Source: an uncultured virus (IMG/VR IMGVR_UViG_3300048576_000587) (Duplodnaviria; Heunggongvirae; Uroviricota; Caudoviricetes). Taken from it: a stretch of DNA of 64,000 nucleotides. The DNA is taken from the IMG/VR virus record IMGVR_UViG_3300048576_000587, one strand, 5' to 3'. How positions within the stretch are numbered: the stretch's first letter is position 1; each line of letters starts with the position of its first letter. Shown here in pieces: positions 43,327-53,107 of this stretch. The notes below the pieces were generated by a model. It saw nothing but the letters and a program-made list of their open reading frames with translations, was not told where the DNA came from and did no database searches. The translations under genes and the position numbers were made by a program.

Positions 43327-44873
43327 ACGTGGCGGATGGAAAAAAAACAATAATAAAAGATAATCCTTTGTTTCAGCATGATTTAATAATCCGGCAATTG
43401 ATAGGTAAGAAATATGTTATTGACCCAAGATCTTGTTTTTATAAGAGGCCATATACTGAGATTAAGCGTTTAAAACCTTACGCCATAATAGCGGCTTCCC
43501 CTCAGAATTCCCCGCCCGATGATAATAAAACTAAACAAGACCAGGTTAGAAGTACTTTTGAAACTGTGTCTGAAGTATTAAAAGAAAGTGAAAAAATTTT
43601 ACGCTATAAGGTTAATCGCCTTGCTGGTGTTAGTATGTTTCGTTCAGCATATCGGGCTTTTTTGGGCTGGGATTTAAGTGATGAAGAAAACGCGGAGAAA
43701 ATATTTGAACATCAAAATGAATCATTCCGGCGCACAAAAATTAAGCATTTAAAGCAAAATAACATATTTAAATCCATATATCACAAAGAACAATTTTTAC
43801 TGCAACAAATTGCCAAGCAACAAACCGCGGTCAATAAGCGTCGTGGAAGAAAAAATTTTTTAAAGAAATTAACACAGCTTGAGAAGAGTAAATCACTATT
43901 AAAAGAGGTTTCAAGCGTTGCAGTTTTAAGGCGCTTAAATGTCTTCGGTAATATTTCCAGTGTTGTAGGTTTCTTAACCCGGGACAAGAATGAAGATAAG
44001 GATAAATTGAAATATTACTCGGAAATGTCGGATGCGATCAAAGGCGGCTTTGATTTAACCAACGATTGGATAGCTAAACCAATATTGAAAAAAGTAGGAC
44101 CAAAACTATTATCAAATTTCAAAAGACTTGGTAAGTTCTTAGCCAAACCAGGGGTCATAAAATCCGGAAAAGCACTCGCTTTCCTCGGCCGGGTAGGTGC
44201 AAGAGCTGTAGGCGTCTTGTCATTTGCGGCGGATATATCGGAAGTATATAAGGCAAAGACCCAGAAGGAAAAAGCTAAAAAAATAGGGTCGGCTTTAGGA
44301 GGAGCTGGAGGTGCCTTATTAGGTGCTAAAGCGGGAGCACTTCTAGGAACAATGATTGGTGGTCCGGTTGGTACGGTAATTGGTGGAGTAGTCGGAGGCG
44401 CGGCCGGTTATATAATTGGTAGCGGAATTGGAAGTAGGATTGCCAATAAATTTCAAAAACAGGTTATGTCCGTTTGGAATCCTATCGAAAAATATACACG
44501 AAAACAATGGAAGGTTGCAACAACATTTCTGGGTAACAAATGGAATGCAGCCAAAAAAGTATGGCAGAAAAATAAAACAAATATTTTAAAATATACCGGT
44601 GGTGCCTCAGCAGCTTTGTTAACGGGAGGGACTTTTGGTTTACTGAGTTATGCAAATGGGAGTATCGCAGAAAATTTAATATCCAATGCATTACAAAAAC
44701 CTAAAAAATCTTCATTAAATCAAGACTTACAGACAGCAAATAAAGTCAATAGCCTTTATAACGTTAATAATACTAATAGTATCGACTGCCGCCAGGTTGC
44801 GGTTCAAATGATTTCCGAGCTCAATAAAATTTTACAAAACAAAGTCATATCCCATACCGCAAACTACGCTTAA
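43323..44873 (+). CDS. Short, divergent tape measure protein
   Basis: Position between chaperone and LysM gene; Gly-zipper GAKAGALLGTMIGGPVGTVIGG and Trp-spaced repeats. Confidence 0.7.
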   Translation: MNVADGKKTIIKDNPLFQHDLIIRQLIGKKYVIDPRSCFYKRPYTEIKRLKPYAIIAASPQNSPPDDNKTKQDQVRSTFETVSEVLKESEKILRYKVNRLAGVSMFRSAYRAFLGWDLSDEENAEKIFEHQNESFRRTKIKHLKQNNIFKSIYHKEQFLLQQIAKQQTAVNKRRGRKNFLKKLTQLEKSKSLLKEVSSVAVLRRLNVFGNISSVVGFLTRDKNEDKDKLKYYSEMSDAIKGGFDLTNDWIAKPILKKVGPKLLSNFKRLGKFLAKPGVIKSGKALAFLGRVGARAVGVLSFAADISEVYKAKTQKEKAKKIGSALGGAGGALLGAKAGALLGTMIGGPVGTVIGGVVGGAAGYIIGSGIGSRIANKFQKQVMSVWNPIEKYTRKQWKVATTFLGNKWNAAKKVWQKNKTNILKYTGGASAALLTGGTFGLLSYANGSIAENLISNALQKPKKSSLNQDLQTANKVNSLYNVNNTNSIDCRQVAVQMISELNKILQNKVISHTANYA

Positions 44874-44895
44874 CCTTGGGAGGTGAAATCCGGAT

Positions 44896-45537
44896 ATGGA
44901 CTTATTTTTGATCGACGATACCACCGGGGTGGAGTTGCATTTTCCGGTCAATCCGGGGGAGGTGGCCATCCGGCGGGAGAAGTTGTATGAAACCGTAAAT
45001 ATTGTATCCTTAGGGGAAGCGGATTTTAAAACGGGAGAGAAGATCAAAGAGATTAGTTTCTCTTCTTTTTTTCCGGCCCGTTATGATCCAAGTTACTGCC
45101 GGTATCCCGACCTCCCGGCTCCGGACAAAGCCATGCGGCAGTTGATTGACTGGACCAATGGCGGGACTCCAGTGCGATTTATGATTACCGGCAGTGAGAT
45201 CAATGAATTGGTGCTGGTTTCATCCCATACCTGCACGTTTAAGGGCGGGGAACCGGGGGATATCTATTTTGATCTGACTTGCCGGACCTGGCGTGAAATC
45301 AAGGTGAAATCGGAAACAGGTTCCGGAAGCGGCGCGTCCGCCACCAGGACCAGGGCGGATATGAAGCCGGTTCCGAAAGTATATGCGGTCAAACCCGGGG
45401 ATAGTTTGTGGGCTATCGCCAAGCTGAAATTGGGATCAGGCTCACGCTGGCGGGAGATTTACGACCTCAATACCAAGACCATCGGGCCGGACCCCAATAA
45501 GATCGTTCCCGGGCAAAAGTTGGTGTTGCCGGGATGA
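44896..45537 (+). CDS. LysM-domain tail tube initiator (XkdP-like)
   Basis: FPVNP, SFSSFFP, C-terminal YAVKPGDSLWAIA...IYDLN...PGQKLVLP. Confidence 0.9.
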   Translation: MDLFLIDDTTGVELHFPVNPGEVAIRREKLYETVNIVSLGEADFKTGEKIKEISFSSFFPARYDPSYCRYPDLPAPDKAMRQLIDWTNGGTPVRFMITGSEINELVLVSSHTCTFKGGEPGDIYFDLTCRTWREIKVKSETGSGSGASATRTRADMKPVPKVYAVKPGDSLWAIAKLKLGSGSRWREIYDLNTKTIGPDPNKIVPGQKLVLPG

Positions 45538-46529
45538 GTTATCAGGATGCGAATAGGTATGAAGTGATTTTGGCCGGCAAGTATTGTCTGGGTGACCTGA
45601 TCGAAAGCATTTCCCTGGATGACTCTTTGTCCGAAATCGCTTACCGGGCCAATATACGGCTGGTTAACACCCCGGACTTACCGGAGTTGTTGCCGGGACA
45701 GGCGGTGGAGATTAATGGGACCCCTTTCGGAGGCACCGGACTTCAACCGTTATTATCCAACGGTGTCATCTGGGAAGTGGAGGCGGAGAAGAAAGGACAA
45801 CCCCATATTACACTAACCATCTACGATAAAATGGTGTATCTGGCCAAAAGTGAGGATGAATACCTGTTTCCCGACGGTCAAACCGCAACTCAGCGCCTCA
45901 AGAAATATACGGCGGATTGGCAGATTCCCGCCGGGGAACTGGCCGAAACCGGGGTCCCGCTAGCCCGGGCTGTTTTCCGGGCCCAGCCGATTTACGCCAT
46001 GCTCAAGGCGGATTTGAATGAAACCGTGTCCAAGGGCGGGGATATGTTCCGGCCGCGAATGGGCGCTGGAGGCTTGGATTTGATAAAACTGGGCGGTAAT
46101 CAGACCGTCTGGGTGCTGGAGGCCGATCAAAACCTGGAGAGTACGGTGGAAAACAGTACTTTGGAGGGGGCGGTCACCCAGGTGAAAGTGCTGGGACCGG
46201 ATTCCAATGGCGGTAGTCTGGCTCCAGTGCTGGGAATCGTAAAAGGTGAAACGGACAAATACGGGACGATACAAAAAATATTGAGCGATAGCAAGGTTCG
46301 GACCGGCAATCAAGCCGAATCGGCCGGGAAAAAGCTGCTATCCGGCGCTCGGAAATCGATCACGGTAAATTGCCTGGATATTAATACCATCCGGGCCGGG
46401 GATAAAGTCAAGTTAAACTCCGCCGGTTTTCTGGTGGCCAGTGTCCGGCATGAACTGGGGAATCCCGGCCATATGACCTTGACCTTGGCGGCGGAAGAAC
46501 AAGTGCGGAGGGAGTATTATGGTCAATGA
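45534..46529 (+). CDS. Baseplate hub (XkdQ-like)
   Basis: YD...YLAKSED, YGTIQK, IRAGDKV; synteny. Confidence 0.85.
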   Translation: MSYQDANRYEVILAGKYCLGDLIESISLDDSLSEIAYRANIRLVNTPDLPELLPGQAVEINGTPFGGTGLQPLLSNGVIWEVEAEKKGQPHITLTIYDKMVYLAKSEDEYLFPDGQTATQRLKKYTADWQIPAGELAETGVPLARAVFRAQPIYAMLKADLNETVSKGGDMFRPRMGAGGLDLIKLGGNQTVWVLEADQNLESTVENSTLEGAVTQVKVLGPDSNGGSLAPVLGIVKGETDKYGTIQKILSDSKVRTGNQAESAGKKLLSGARKSITVNCLDINTIRAGDKVKLNSAGFLVASVRHELGNPGHMTLTLAAEEQVRREYYGQ

Positions 46530-46905
46530 TCCTTACAAGCAGTTGGTTGCCATGCTGGAGACTCTTATCGGCCGGCATGTAGCCCGGGCGGCGGCTGGAA
46601 TCACTTGTGAACTGGGAACCATCACCGCCACCGGGCTGAAGCTCGACGGTTTTAAACATGAAATTCGTAACTATCTGGTTTCGGAACATCTGACCCTGGA
46701 TGAACCGGTTTTTACCAAAACCAAAAAAGATGGAGCGCATAAGGGTTCGTGTCCGGACGGAAGCGTAAGCGGGGACGCTCACGAACATGAGGTAATAACC
46801 CCTCCGCAACTTCTTCCTCTCCACCCAGGGGACCGGGTGCTGGTGGTGCCGGTTCATCATGGTCAAGATTTTGTAGTGATAGCGAGGGTGGTGCCCAATG
46901 CCTAA
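46519..46905 (+). CDS. Spike/XkdR-like protein
   Basis: ELGTI...His-rich tip...L.PGDRVLV....GQDFVVIARV. Confidence 0.75.
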   Translation: MVNDPYKQLVAMLETLIGRHVARAAAGITCELGTITATGLKLDGFKHEIRNYLVSEHLTLDEPVFTKTKKDGAHKGSCPDGSVSGDAHEHEVITPPQLLPLHPGDRVLVVPVHHGQDFVVIARVVPNA

Positions 46906-47347
46906 TTTATTTCCCACAGTGGCCACGGAGGTTACTCCGATAACCGGCCGGGAGGCCCAAGTCCAATTCGGGAAGAGCTGGAAGTTTGATTTTGAGATTG
47001 GTGAGTTTGTGATGACCCCCACCGGAAAAGTAATTGAAACATCGGATAGCGAGGCCTGGCTGGAGTGGTGCCAAAAGGCTATCCGTACCGGAAGATACCG
47101 CCATTTGGTTTACTCCCGCAATTACGGCCAGGAATTAGAAGATCTAATCGGCAAAAATTTAACCCGGGAAGCGAAAGAAAGCGAGATTCAAAGGATGGCC
47201 ACCGAGTGTTTGATGACCGATCCCCGGACCGCCAAGGTCGATAACTTTCGCTTTCAATGGGATAAAGACATGGTGGTTTTTAGTTGTGAAATTGCCAGTG
47301 TCCGCGGTAGTGGCGGTACAGTCTATGGAAGCGTGGTGAATGGTTAA
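46898..47347 (+). CDS. XkdS/DUF2634 baseplate protein
   Basis: KAIRT.RYRHLVYSRNYGQELEDLIG...SEIQR...E.L..DPR. Confidence 0.88.
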   Translation: MPNLFPTVATEVTPITGREAQVQFGKSWKFDFEIGEFVMTPTGKVIETSDSEAWLEWCQKAIRTGRYRHLVYSRNYGQELEDLIGKNLTREAKESEIQRMATECLMTDPRTAKVDNFRFQWDKDMVVFSCEIASVRGSGGTVYGSVVNG

Positions 47348-48957
47348 TGAGTATTATTCCGGATTATTTAAGCGAACAATCGGAGAAATCAATCCGTGAT
47401 CGAATGTTTCAAAATCTACCTACCGATCTGGACAAAACGGAAGGCAGCTACATATGGGATGCGCTTTCACCGGCGGCCATCGAGCTTGCCCAGGCGGCCA
47501 TTTGGGCTCAGGAAGTTTTACGAAGGGGGTTTGCCGGTACTACCTTTGGCCCTTATCTCGATCTGCGCTGCGCCGAACACGGGGTTATCAGGCGGTCAGC
47601 GGTGGAAGCCATCGGTAAGGTTAAGTTTATCGGAACAGTGGGAGTGATAATCCCCAAAGGAACCAGAGTGGCGACCCCGGCTGATCCCAATACCAATACC
47701 CCGTCTCTTGAATTTCAGACAACATCGGAAATTACGCTGGTTCTCGATAGTAATAGCGGAAACGGAACGGGTTATGCCGGGATTAAGGCAGTGGAACCCG
47801 GTAGTTCCGGTAATGTACCGGGGGGAAGTATTAATGTTTTAGTTTTACCGGTTTCCGGAGTAAGCAGTGTAATCAATGAGGCCGCCACCACCGGGGGTCT
47901 TGATATCGAGGAGGACTCGTTATTATTCGCCAGATTTCTTCAAAAGGTAAGATCAACCTCGGCTGGAGGCAATAAAGCGGATTATATTAATTGGACCATG
48001 GAAGTTCCCGGAGTTGGGGGAGTTACAGTGGTTCCGGTCCGGGATGGACCCGGCACCGTGAGCATTGCCATATTAAAGAATGATAAAGGTCCGGCGAATC
48101 AAGAACTGGTTGATGAAGTCCAAAAATATATCGCTCCCCCCTGGATTAATGATTTCCAAGCCGAAGATATGCCCCGTGAGGGAAATGGGGCTACCAAGGA
48201 TGAGACCTTGGTGGATGATCTTTATCATAGTGTGAAAATGGTCTATGATCCAAACCTTAGCGGCGCTATTACCCATTTGTTAACTCCTGATTCGGACCTC
48301 CCGGTCTTACAACAGCCGGGAATCTGGCAGGCAAGGGTTACTGTAAAAGTTGACAACTCCAATAATACGGCCAATCTGTTACAGATAGGGGTTTGGAATC
48401 TTTCCACCGGGGCCTGGGCCAAAACCACGCTAAATGGTACCCAGGATGCGGCGGTCATTTTTAAAGCCAGTGAGCTGGCGACTGTTTTCAGTGAAAAGAA
48501 TATGGAGTTTTATTGGAATGGCCGGGATTTAATTGAATTCAGAGCGGCCCGGTTGGCGGAGGATCAGACCAGTATTCTTTGGGTGGACCGGGTTCAGTAT
48601 CGCTCCACCTTCTCCATGGATACAGGCGATGGCAAAGCCCCGGTGGGTGCCAAGGTCACCGTTCAGTCGGCCAAAGCCATTTTAGTCAATGTATCCGCCA
48701 ATATTAAGATTGCCGCCGGTTATAACAACGATAGCGTCAAAGCTGCCGTGATTCAAAACATTGAGACGTATATTAAATCCCTGGCGTTCGTGGACGATAA
48801 TGATGTTCGATATGCGCGGATTTGCAACGCCATCTTGGATGCACCGGGCATTGAAGATTATAACGAACCCAAAGTAAATGGGGGGACGTCCAATATCCCG
48901 GTGGGCATGCAGGAAGTGGCTGTTTTAGGAGTGGTGACGCTTACATGTTATCAATAA
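47347..48957 (+). CDS. Baseplate J/XkdT-like protein with an inserted domain
   Basis: DKTEGSYIWDALSPAA.E, GPYLDLR..E.G, GGNKADY..W..EV.GVG, GPGTV, GKAPVGA. Confidence 0.92.
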   Translation: MSIIPDYLSEQSEKSIRDRMFQNLPTDLDKTEGSYIWDALSPAAIELAQAAIWAQEVLRRGFAGTTFGPYLDLRCAEHGVIRRSAVEAIGKVKFIGTVGVIIPKGTRVATPADPNTNTPSLEFQTTSEITLVLDSNSGNGTGYAGIKAVEPGSSGNVPGGSINVLVLPVSGVSSVINEAATTGGLDIEEDSLLFARFLQKVRSTSAGGNKADYINWTMEVPGVGGVTVVPVRDGPGTVSIAILKNDKGPANQELVDEVQKYIAPPWINDFQAEDMPREGNGATKDETLVDDLYHSVKMVYDPNLSGAITHLLTPDSDLPVLQQPGIWQARVTVKVDNSNNTANLLQIGVWNLSTGAWAKTTLNGTQDAAVIFKASELATVFSEKNMEFYWNGRDLIEFRAARLAEDQTSILWVDRVQYRSTFSMDTGDGKAPVGAKVTVQSAKAILVNVSANIKIAAGYNNDSVKAAVIQNIETYIKSLAFVDDNDVRYARICNAILDAPGIEDYNEPKVNGGTSNIPVGMQEVAVLGVVTLTCYQ

Positions 48958-49529
48958 ACGAGAACCCCGGAACCATGAGCCGGGGAGAAACAATGATGGG
49001 TTATTTGCCGGATTACTACCGGACTAGCCGGGTGATGCGGGCGGTCTTGGAAGCCCAGGGCAACGAATTGGAAAAACTATATCAGGCCTTTGATAATATT
49101 CTCGACCAATTATTCATTGATACCGCAAGTTGGCGGCTGGATTACTGGGAGGAAGAACTGGGCCTGAAGGTAATGCCGGAGCAGCCCGTGGAGCAGCGGC
49201 GTGACAAGATCAAGTCACGGCTGCGCGGCCAAGGCACCGCCACCATCAAATTGGTGAAGCAAGTGGCGGAAACCTATGACAAAGGCAAAGTCGATGTCAT
49301 CGAGGATGTTTCTTCTTATACCGTTACCTTGCGTTTCATTGATACCATCGGCATCCCGGCCAACCTGGAAGATCTGAAAGCCGCCGTCCGGGCCGTAGTT
49401 CCGGCCCATTTGGCGCTTGAATTCGACTTTAACTATTTTATCTGGGACGAACTGGACAAGAAGAATTGGACCTGGGATGAACTGGACGGCCTCCATATGA
49501 CTTGGGATGAATTGGCGGTTTATAAATAA
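48945..49529 (+). CDS. XkdU/YmfQ (DUF2313) baseplate wedge protein
   Basis: YLPDYY, DQLFIDTASW.L..WEEELG, VPAHL. Confidence 0.9.
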   Translation: MLSINENPGTMSRGETMMGYLPDYYRTSRVMRAVLEAQGNELEKLYQAFDNILDQLFIDTASWRLDYWEEELGLKVMPEQPVEQRRDKIKSRLRGQGTATIKLVKQVAETYDKGKVDVIEDVSSYTVTLRFIDTIGIPANLEDLKAAVRAVVPAHLALEFDFNYFIWDELDKKNWTWDELDGLHMTWDELAVYK

Positions 49530-49549
49530 AGATATCTGGGAGGATTATC

Positions 49550-50347
49550 ATGCCCGATATAACCCAAAAACTTAAATTAAGAAAGCCACTGGGCAACGAA
49601 ACTGTATGCCGGGCGGCCTATAATGAAAATCTTGATATCCTGGATAATAATTCGGCCTCTCAGGAGGATTTTGATTCTTTTAAAATAGCGGTGGTGGCGC
49701 ACAACCATAAAGAGCGATCCTCCGGAATCGGTGCCCTGATTTACGGGGTACCTACCGGGACCATACTGGATTTCGCCGGAACGGAAGCGCCGGATGGTTT
49801 CCTAATCTGTTCAGGCCAAGCTGTATTCAGAACAACATATGTTGAATTATTTAAAGTCATTGGCATTACCTTCGGCCCCGGTGACGGATATACCACCTTT
49901 AATTTGCCGGACACACCCGGCCGGACTATCGTCGGGGCCGGACAGGGGAGCGGGCTTACTCAAAGAAACACGGGAGATAAGCCGGGGGCGGAAAGCCACA
50001 CTTTAAAGATCAATGAAGTGCCGAGTCACGCCCATAGTGGCGGTACTGGATGGCAGTCGGCAGATCATTGTCATGGCGGCACCACGGGAACCGATTATCC
50101 GGATCACTATCATTCTTTTGTAGGGGCGTTTTCTGATTATGGCCCTTATATTGATCTTGACAAGGAACCGAGTGGATCGAATGGCAGGTCATTTAGTACC
50201 GGCGGCGCTTCAGCCCGGCATCAACATAGCTTTCAAAGCGGCGGGGTTTCGGCAAACCATTATCATGGAATAACCGCTGAAGGCGGCGGGCAAGCCCACA
50301 ATAATATGCAGCCCAGTTTGGTGATGAATAAGATTATTAAGTATTAA
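49550..50347 (+). CDS. Tail fibre 1 (collar domain, His-paired tip)
   Basis: PTGTILDFAG..APDGFL.C.G...TFNLPD, HxH repeats, AHNNMQPS...IIKY. Confidence 0.88.
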   Translation: MPDITQKLKLRKPLGNETVCRAAYNENLDILDNNSASQEDFDSFKIAVVAHNHKERSSGIGALIYGVPTGTILDFAGTEAPDGFLICSGQAVFRTTYVELFKVIGITFGPGDGYTTFNLPDTPGRTIVGAGQGSGLTQRNTGDKPGAESHTLKINEVPSHAHSGGTGWQSADHCHGGTTGTDYPDHYHSFVGAFSDYGPYIDLDKEPSGSNGRSFSTGGASARHQHSFQSGGVSANHYHGITAEGGGQAHNNMQPSLVMNKIIKY

Positions 50348-50756
50348 TAAAACGGGTTATTTCTCGGATAAATCGTATGGTGCTATTGGGAGAAAGTCAA
50401 TATCCTTAATATACTGCAAGATGTGAATTGCGAATTTTGGCCTATTAAACTCATCCCTTGAGTTACTTGATTGCTGTTCGCTTGTTTAGTGTCTTTTCCT
50501 TCTCTTGGAAGAAAAGGGAACTATGACTTACCGGGGTTTTTGCTACTTCACTTGGATTAAAGTCTGAATTGGATTGGAATTTGTTTATATATTTAGTTTT
50601 AAAGTATCGGTTTGCAAGCGGCAATACATGGTTCTCTCTTTCAAGAGAGAGAAAGGCTAACTGGTAACGATAAACTCAATGTATCACAAGAGGTGAGTTA
50701 TGAATTTAGGCGGATTAAAACATTTATTTCAGTCTATATCATGGGGAGGTATCCTT

Positions 50757-51557
50757 ATGCCGGAGATAACACCCAAATTGAAACTAAAAAAACCTTATGG
50801 CAACGAAGCGGTGAACCGGGTGGCTTATAATGAAAACCTTGAATTAGTTGATACAAACGCCGCTTCCCAGGATGATTTCGATAACCATAAGAGTGCAGCT
50901 ATATTAGATCATCCGGATAAAAGCGTAATTGATGTTAAAATTGGGGAACGGACTATTTCCGATGGGACGGTCCCCAGTGGCAATAGCGGACTTTTAACAT
51001 CATTGCTCGGCGGACTTGCTTATATGGTAAAGATGATCACCGGCAAATCCGACTGGCGGACGGCTCCGGCATTGAACCTGGAGGAAGTGCGCGTGAAACT
51101 CGGGGAGGCGGTTCCGCCGGGCGCAGTCATGCATTTTGCCCGGAGTACTCCACCGGCCGGATGGCTTAAAGCTAACGGTGCGGCGGTTTCAAGGTCTATA
51201 TATTCTAATTTATTTGCGGCGATAGGAACCACTTTCGGGGCGGGGGATGGCAGTACTACCTTTAATTTACCGGATTTGCGGGGAGAGTTTATCCGGGGAT
51301 GGGATGAAAGTCGGGGAGCTGATCCGGGAAGAAATCTGGGAAGTTGGCAGGAAGATAATTATAAAAGTCATACTCATGATTGGGTTAGATCATTTTATGG
51401 AGATAATAGTGAAATGTATCATCCCAATTTTACAGATAGAATTGCAACCGGTTGTGATAATCCCACGTATACATATGGTGGTGCGGCAATAAAACATAAT
51501 GGCGGTTCTGAAACCCGCCCCCGGAATATTTCCCTGTTAGCCTGTATCAAATATTAG
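50757..51557 (+). CDS. Tail fibre 2 (collar domain)
   Basis: Same N-terminus as fibre 1; PPGAVMHFA...LPDLRGEFIRG...ETRPRN. Confidence 0.88.
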   Translation: MPEITPKLKLKKPYGNEAVNRVAYNENLELVDTNAASQDDFDNHKSAAILDHPDKSVIDVKIGERTISDGTVPSGNSGLLTSLLGGLAYMVKMITGKSDWRTAPALNLEEVRVKLGEAVPPGAVMHFARSTPPAGWLKANGAAVSRSIYSNLFAAIGTTFGAGDGSTTFNLPDLRGEFIRGWDESRGADPGRNLGSWQEDNYKSHTHDWVRSFYGDNSEMYHPNFTDRIATGCDNPTYTYGGAAIKHNGGSETRPRNISLLACIKY

Positions 51558-51575
51558 ATCAAAGGAGTACTTTCC

Positions 51576-51788
51576 ATGAAAATCTACCACTACCACCCTG
51601 AAACCGGCGAATACCTTGGCGAAGGACTGGCTGACGAAAGCCCACTTGAACCCGGGGTTTATTTAATTCCGGCTCAGGCCACGATTAAGGAACCGCCCCG
51701 GAATATTAAACCCAGTCAACGGCTGGCGTTTGATGGCGAAAACTGGGTCGTTTACGAAAAACCATTACCAACCACCCCGGAAGCTTGA
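51576..51788 (+). CDS. Tail fibre assembly chaperone
   Basis: IYHYHPETGEYLG...ESPLEPGVYLIPAQAT..EPP. Confidence 0.85.
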   Translation: MKIYHYHPETGEYLGEGLADESPLEPGVYLIPAQATIKEPPRNIKPSQRLAFDGENWVVYEKPLPTTPEA

Positions 51789-51808
51789 ATGAAAGCGAGG
51801 GATAAAAT

Positions 51809-52942
51809 ATGCCTCAGACTACTTCAAAGTTGGGACTGAAACAGCCCCTCGGCAACGAATCCGTCAGCCGGGAGGCTTATAATGAAAACTTAAGGCTCAT
51901 GGACCAAAATGCCGCATCTCAAGCGGAGGTCGATGAGCCATTTTTTTTAAAGACCGTAATCTATCATACGGCGGTTCACCGGATTGACCTAACCCTCGGC
52001 CCTGGACGGGCTGCTTTTTTGGGAGTCATGGTGGCCAAGCTGGGGGATTCGACAATATCCATCGAGTCACCGGCGCCCAATACTGGTTATTATATTTTCA
52101 TTACCAAAGAGGGCGATTTTGCCTACAACTCCACAAATATCGATCTACCTGGGGCAGTCCCAATCTGGTCGGTGAATACGGGGGATTCAATAAGTGATAT
52201 CACTACCCAAGATCTCCGTGGGAAGTTGCCGGGAGCCGCTGCACGAATTGTGCAGGATAATTTAATGGATCATGCCGCTAAAGCGGTCCTGGATCATCCG
52301 GATGACAGTGTGTCGGATGATAAAATCGGGAGTCGTACGGTAGCGGATGGGGTTGCCCCCAATGGTAATAGCGGATCTTTAACTGTTATATTAGGCTGGT
52401 TTGCTAACCTGTTTAAAACCATTACTGGAGAAACCACTTGGAAGACAGTGCCTATATTGAATTTGAAGACTGCGAAGACCAAGATTACCGAGTCGGCCCC
52501 ACCCGGTCAAATTGCCTATTTCGCCCGAAGCACAGCCCCGCCCGGCTGGCTTAAGGCTAATGGAGCACTCGTTTCCCGGACTGCTTATGCCGACTTATTC
52601 GCGGCGATTGGAACCACCTTTGGGACGGGGGATGGAAGTAGTACATTTCAGTTGCCTGATTTAAGGGGACAGTTTATCCGGGTTTGGGATGAAGGCCGGG
52701 GTATTGATCAAGGACGTTCCTATGGTAGTAATCAAAATGATGAATTAAGGTCTCACGCTCACAAATACTTTGCCTTCCGTTACGATAGTGGACCCCGTCC
52801 AGATATTTCTGGAAACTCTCAAGGATATACCGCAAATGGATATTCCGAGTATTTCTGGGGGCCGAACTGGCCCGGGGAATCATATGGCGGTACTGAAACC
52901 CGGCCCCGGAATGTTGCCTTGTTGGCTTGTATTAAGTATTAG
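51809..52942 (+). CDS. Tail fibre 3 (collar domain, extra N-proximal domain)
   Basis: Same N-terminus; collar motif; ETRPRNVALLACIKY. Confidence 0.88.
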   Translation: MPQTTSKLGLKQPLGNESVSREAYNENLRLMDQNAASQAEVDEPFFLKTVIYHTAVHRIDLTLGPGRAAFLGVMVAKLGDSTISIESPAPNTGYYIFITKEGDFAYNSTNIDLPGAVPIWSVNTGDSISDITTQDLRGKLPGAAARIVQDNLMDHAAKAVLDHPDDSVSDDKIGSRTVADGVAPNGNSGSLTVILGWFANLFKTITGETTWKTVPILNLKTAKTKITESAPPGQIAYFARSTAPPGWLKANGALVSRTAYADLFAAIGTTFGTGDGSSTFQLPDLRGQFIRVWDEGRGIDQGRSYGSNQNDELRSHAHKYFAFRYDSGPRPDISGNSQGYTANGYSEYFWGPNWPGESYGGTETRPRNVALLACIKY

Positions 52943-53107
52943 TTTATCAAAGACACAAATTGGGCTCTCAAAGAATCCAATTAATTTCTCTAAAAGCTTC
53001 TTTCAAGAATCTTAAAGATACTCCTGGAGAATGGAAGAAAGGGGGAGATTTGGGGGCTGTCCCAAAAATAATTTTTACGGATAAAGATGGTTAGAGGGAG
53101 GAAAGCC

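Larger units (their letters stand above)
39448..52942 (+). other. Headless contractile tail cluster 1 (PBSX/Xkd type; tailocin-like)
   Basis: Sheath, tube, chaperone, tape measure, LysM, hub, baseplate and three fibres; no capsid, portal or terminase. Confidence 0.85.

Noticed and set aside
28089..52942. Diversity-generating retroelement acting on fibre tips
   Set aside because: No reverse transcriptase in the window, and no near-identical TR/VR pair differing only at adenines was seen
53050..53068. IS end-like motif GGGGCTGTCCCAAAA
   Set aside because: Only one short copy, with no partner repeat or transposase nearby
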